Virus record (IMG/VR): IMGVR_UViG_3300012971_000061
Span: 1-31,253 of that record
DNA: 31,253 bases
Reading direction: 5' to 3' (one strand)
From: a virus
Taxonomy: Duplodnaviria > Caudoviricetes
Shown here: piece by piece, positions 27,596 through 31,253 of the stretch
Position numbering within the stretch: the stretch's first letter is position 1
How the letters are laid out: each line of letters opens with the position of its first letter
Made by a program: the position numbers and the translations under genes
The notes under the pieces: model-generated
What the model saw: only the letters and a program-made list of their open reading frames with translations
What the model was told of the DNA's origin: nothing
The model's database searches: none

Positions 27596-29239
27596 TTACC
27601 TCCTACCAGGGATCGATTTACGGTAACCTTCATAAAGATCGGGATGCCTCTCGGATGCTAACTTGACAGCAGTACGATAATCAACCTTGTCATCATTCTG
27701 AATCTCGATAACCTTATCTGCAAATGCCTTAGGAGGATCAGGAACATATGTCTCATGCCTTGAGGAACCTGTTTCCGTATAGTCTACAAGTCCAGTCTTA
27801 GCGATAAGGTCAAGAACTTCAGTAACGTCCACGATCGTACCTGATCCTTCGCTAAAGGACTTATGAAGAGCTGTCAATTTGTCAGTAACAACAGCAGGAA
27901 AACCTTTGTTAGTGAATTTACCTGTCTCATCAGGAAGATTGGAATACCTTTCAGAGAAAGCCTTTGCCGACTCTTCACGATCCTTATCTTCTAGCCGCTT
28001 TAACTTCGCAGCCTGCTCAGGATACATCTCAGCAAAAGATTTCTTCTCTGAATGCGCCTTAGCTGCATCACGCAATGGCTTTACTTCTGCTACTAAATCA
28101 GTAGCAGCCTTGATGATATCAGCATCAGGATCGAGATTTAGAATCTCCCTAAGCCTAGCATCAGTCTGCTCGAAAGGACTAGGCGGGGGAGTATTAATAC
28201 GCGATCCTGTATCCGCTGCATCATCATTATTTGCACCTTCGAGCGATGCCTCATCTCCAGTTTGACCTGGATCAGCGTGCTCTTCAGGCACATGCTCATC
28301 AACAGGGTCCATATCTACCTCACTATTCGATTTACTACCAGCTAACCTCTTTGCTTTTGCAAGTGCTGTTGCTTTAATTGAACTGGATACACCAGCCTTA
28401 GGAATCAGTCTCAATGCTGCGGTAACATGAGCTTGATCTACTTTGCCACTCGAATCCTTCACAGGAAAGAATCGTAAGCTACGTGGAATTGTCTTTCCTT
28501 CACTATCTTTCTTTCCACCAGGAGCAATGTATAAGAATGCTGAATCAGGAAGATTGTTCTTATAAGCCGTTGACCATGCAAATTCTTTCTCAATGTACAC
28601 ATCGGAGAAATTAAGAGGAACCATGCCTTCTTTAACATATGGCTTGTTGGTAACTGCACCACCACTAAAAACTAGATTGTGAACTTCTCCGGTGTGAGGG
28701 TTTTCGTACTCATCAAAATGCTCACCAGAAAAATAACGCCATTCTCCAGCATCTATTTCCTGACGTGCAGTTTGAGTGAATCGAACCAAACCCCAGAGTC
28801 CATCGTCTCTGACTTCAAGGAGTTCGTACCAACCAGCCGCTTTACCACCTTTAGCTGGATCAAGACCATGATCGTAAGATACAACGTAATCCTGCTCTCC
28901 ATAGTACTTGTTATCGAAACTTTCCTTAAGAGCCAGAGCAGTATCCTCGTCAATTGAAGTGTCAGTAAAAAGAGGGTGAGACCAACTACTATACGGATAT
29001 ACCTTAATCCACTTCTTATTTCCTTCAAGCCAGTCATCACTGAACTCTTTTACTAGATTCACTACTGCAACTTCGCTATTCATCTTACCACTCTCCGCTG
29101 CATATAGAGCACGCATCTGAGCTAATGCCTTAGCTCTAGATTCATGACAGCGACCTCGTAAATCATTAGTGTTCTTATTAAAGACACCATACGGTTTATT
29201 TGCAGGACACGACGGAGTTCTTTTAATTATGTATGGCAT
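27596..29239 (-). CDS. Mu-like prohead protease / scaffold with extra domains
   Basis: SYDH, KAAGW, DGLWGLVRFT..A...I..GEWRYFS and GGAVTNKP match Mu gpI-like motifs. The C-terminus is helical and scaffold-like. Confidence 0.85.
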   Translation of the reverse strand: MPYIIKRTPSCPANKPYGVFNKNTNDLRGRCHESRAKALAQMRALYAAESGKMNSEVAVVNLVKEFSDDWLEGNKKWIKVYPYSSWSHPLFTDTSIDEDTALALKESFDNKYYGEQDYVVSYDHGLDPAKGGKAAGWYELLEVRDDGLWGLVRFTQTARQEIDAGEWRYFSGEHFDEYENPHTGEVHNLVFSGGAVTNKPYVKEGMVPLNFSDVYIEKEFAWSTAYKNNLPDSAFLYIAPGGKKDSEGKTIPRSLRFFPVKDSSGKVDQAHVTAALRLIPKAGVSSSIKATALAKAKRLAGSKSNSEVDMDPVDEHVPEEHADPGQTGDEASLEGANNDDAADTGSRINTPPPSPFEQTDARLREILNLDPDADIIKAATDLVAEVKPLRDAAKAHSEKKSFAEMYPEQAAKLKRLEDKDREESAKAFSERYSNLPDETGKFTNKGFPAVVTDKLTALHKSFSEGSGTIVDVTEVLDLIAKTGLVDYTETGSSRHETYVPDPPKAFADKVIEIQNDDKVDYRTAVKLASERHPDLYEGYRKSIPGRR

Positions 29240-30618
29240 TATGCTTGTGTCGGACCTTTATTCATGTTTCCTTGACCACCACCAGCCGAAACATCGGCTG
29301 TGGGATTGTTTCCATTACCACCAGGAGTATTCCCTCCACCAAAAGATGGCGTAGAGGTCTTTATAGGAGTTTGCTTGCCGCCCTTCTTTGCAGGCATATC
29401 AACCTGCACACGTGCCCACTGTTCTGTTTCAATATCAGGAGTGATAATCTGATTATGAAACAGATTCGCTAGCCCCGCCGCAAACTGTTGCAAGTCTCTA
29501 GATTGCCCTATGTTCCTTACCTTAAGCTGAGGCATTACATCGGTCTCAAAGTTATAGTTAACAAGCTTCGGAATAAGGAACATATTAAAGCACGCACAGA
29601 TAGATTCCGCAACACCCCAAAGAGATTTGTAAAATATATCTGTCTGTGCTCCTGATGTAGCGCGACCCCCGCCAGAAGTCTCAAGACCAAGCATCATAAA
29701 CTCAGCAAATACATTGAGCATAATAAGAATGTCATGATGGCCGGCTGATTTAAGAACGTCAACAAGTTGTCCTTTTAATTCTGCGAACTCCACTTCATAA
29801 CCAGGAGGCAGAGTCATCTCTGCTTTTTCATTAGTCCTTAAGTTCCTAAGTAGTTCTGACATTGCATCTTTATCGGCTTGTTTGAAACCTGGGGGTAAGG
29901 TACCCTTCGGCACACCAATACCGTGACGTTCCTTTTGTATGGCGTCAACCTTATAAAGATGTGTTTTGTAGTACCAATGTGGATAGGCACTTCGTAATAA
30001 GGAGTCTCCCAAAAGATCATCACTATCACCCATCGTAAAAATTATAGCCTTCTCGATCGGGATTTCTACTTGGTCAGTATTACCATCACTACGAAGAGCA
30101 ATATGATGAATAATAGAAGGACCACCATGATCGTCATAATCTATATAGGCTATAGTTGGACCTGGCCTATACCCTAGCTTTCTGAGCATCGTATAGTTTT
30201 TACGATTGGCACCTTTTATATCAGGAGGTGCCCACGTACCTTGAGTCCAGACAGGTTCCATGACAGACGATCCATGCTGGAACATTTTCAAGATTCGTGA
30301 GAGAACATAAGGCCAAGGATACGACATAAATTCAAAAAGGTTATATTCGATAAACTTCCCCACAGTGACGGCTTGCTCTGTATCTTCTAAGGGATCGATA
30401 TAAAAGTCTGCTGATTCAATAGGTACTTTACCTGCCCTTAAAGATACACTACACACGGCATCAGTACGTGCCATTGTGTCATATTGACGTAGGGCTGTCC
30501 ATCTACTTGTAAGTTCAGGAACAAGATCACGAATATAGTAACTTTTCGCTGAACCAAGTTCCTCATCGAAAGGTGGGGGAGCTTCCGCACCTTTTGCGGT
30601 ATATGAAGAACTACTCAT
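29239..30618 (-). CDS. Portal protein (Mu gp29 / DUF935-like)
   Basis: HGSSVMEPVW, LGDSLLRSAY..WYYK, ERHGIGVP and LPPGYEVEF motifs. Follows the terminase. Confidence 0.88.
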   Translation of the reverse strand: MSSSSYTAKGAEAPPPFDEELGSAKSYYIRDLVPELTSRWTALRQYDTMARTDAVCSVSLRAGKVPIESADFYIDPLEDTEQAVTVGKFIEYNLFEFMSYPWPYVLSRILKMFQHGSSVMEPVWTQGTWAPPDIKGANRKNYTMLRKLGYRPGPTIAYIDYDDHGGPSIIHHIALRSDGNTDQVEIPIEKAIIFTMGDSDDLLGDSLLRSAYPHWYYKTHLYKVDAIQKERHGIGVPKGTLPPGFKQADKDAMSELLRNLRTNEKAEMTLPPGYEVEFAELKGQLVDVLKSAGHHDILIMLNVFAEFMMLGLETSGGGRATSGAQTDIFYKSLWGVAESICACFNMFLIPKLVNYNFETDVMPQLKVRNIGQSRDLQQFAAGLANLFHNQIITPDIETEQWARVQVDMPAKKGGKQTPIKTSTPSFGGGNTPGGNGNNPTADVSAGGGQGNMNKGPTQA

Positions 30619-31252
30619 ATCCTACCCGAGTATCTAGAGTTATGTTCATCTTTTCAACAAAGTAGGTATGACTCTCCGATCTATCGTGAGGATCATACAG
30701 ACCAGCCAGGCTCCCACCAGCTCCGAGTATATAATGTTGTCCATAAAAATATCTTAAGGCGTCTGGTCCGTGGTCATCATAGTCTACTTGTCCTTCCTTT
30801 GGTGTCTTTCCTTCTTTTTCAGGATTCCTACGTAGAGCTTGCATCTGTCTTATAGTCTCTACACATGAAGGATCAAAGAACAATTTTGGATATCCATTAG
30901 GCTGTAACTTCAATCCTCGCTTAACTGCCTCGATTCCTTCGTGCCATGAAACATCTGCCGCAAATATCTGACCCAAGACCAATTGTAGATTTGCAATCGA
31001 ATCAGCGCCTTTAGGGTCAGCATACATTCCGTCAACATGGAATCCTGTGGGGTTGTCCCGTCGTATAAGGGCGTGGCCGTGCTCCCATGAACTGAGGTAT
31101 TTAACTTGATATTCCCTCCAGACGTATACGTTATCGTCGGGGTCCACCATAATGTCGAGGCAGACAAATGGAGCCGTGAATCCGTGATCGAAGACCCAGT
31201 AATTGTTCCAAGATGGTTGATATTGGATTTCTTTGACGTGGATTCCTTCATC
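30611..31252 (-). CDS. terL: Terminase large subunit, C-terminal nuclease domain (5' truncated)
   Basis: The frame is open to the window edge (...YWVFDHGFTAPFVCLDIMVDP...). YADP and DDHGPDALRY are nuclease-domain motifs. Confidence 0.9.
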   Translation of the reverse strand, partial: DEGIHVKEIQYQPSWNNYWVFDHGFTAPFVCLDIMVDPDDNVYVWREYQVKYLSSWEHGHALIRRDNPTGFHVDGMYADPKGADSIANLQLVLGQIFAADVSWHEGIEAVKRGLKLQPNGYPKLFFDPSCVETIRQMQALRRNPEKEGKTPKEGQVDYDDHGPDALRYFYGQHYILGAGGSLAGLYDPHDRSESHTYFVEKMNITLDTRVGYE

Positions 31253-31253
31253 A

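Noticed and set aside
1-31253. Stop-codon reassignment, introns/inteins or CRISPR arrays
   Set aside because: Core genes are intact under the standard bacterial code with normal lengths. No intein termini or repeat-spacer arrays were seen by eye.

Overview
This window is a 31-kb piece of a tailed dsDNA phage genome with a siphovirus-type tail, truncated at both ends and arranged as two convergent gene blocks. The + strand (1-10192) carries replication and recombination genes: a Cas4/RecB-like exonuclease, a Sak4-like AAA ATPase, an HNH, an SSB-like protein, a primase-helicase, an HTH protein, a family A DNA polymerase with an N-terminal UDG-like domain, a second HNH with its own consensus promoter, a RuvC-like resolvase and several small ORFs. 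The - strand (31253-10307) carries the virion and lysis genes in order: terminase, Mu-like portal, protease/scaffold, decoration protein, capsid, head-tail genes, tail tube, frameshifted chaperones, tape measure, baseplate and receptor-binding proteins, then a lysis cassette with an NlpC/P60 endolysin. No canonical tRNA, integrase, CRISPR array or reverse transcriptase was seen. The most unusual signals are (1) a ~135-nt multi-hairpin element with a tRNA-like domain abutting the primase start codon, (2) a degenerate UDG domain and a possibly dual-coded insertion in the polymerase, (3) an unannotated 40-aa acidic peptide coupled to the endolysin, and (4) a protease/scaffold with repeated KxF[SA][DE] motifs and internal starts. 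All family calls come from motifs read by eye plus gene order; no database search was run.
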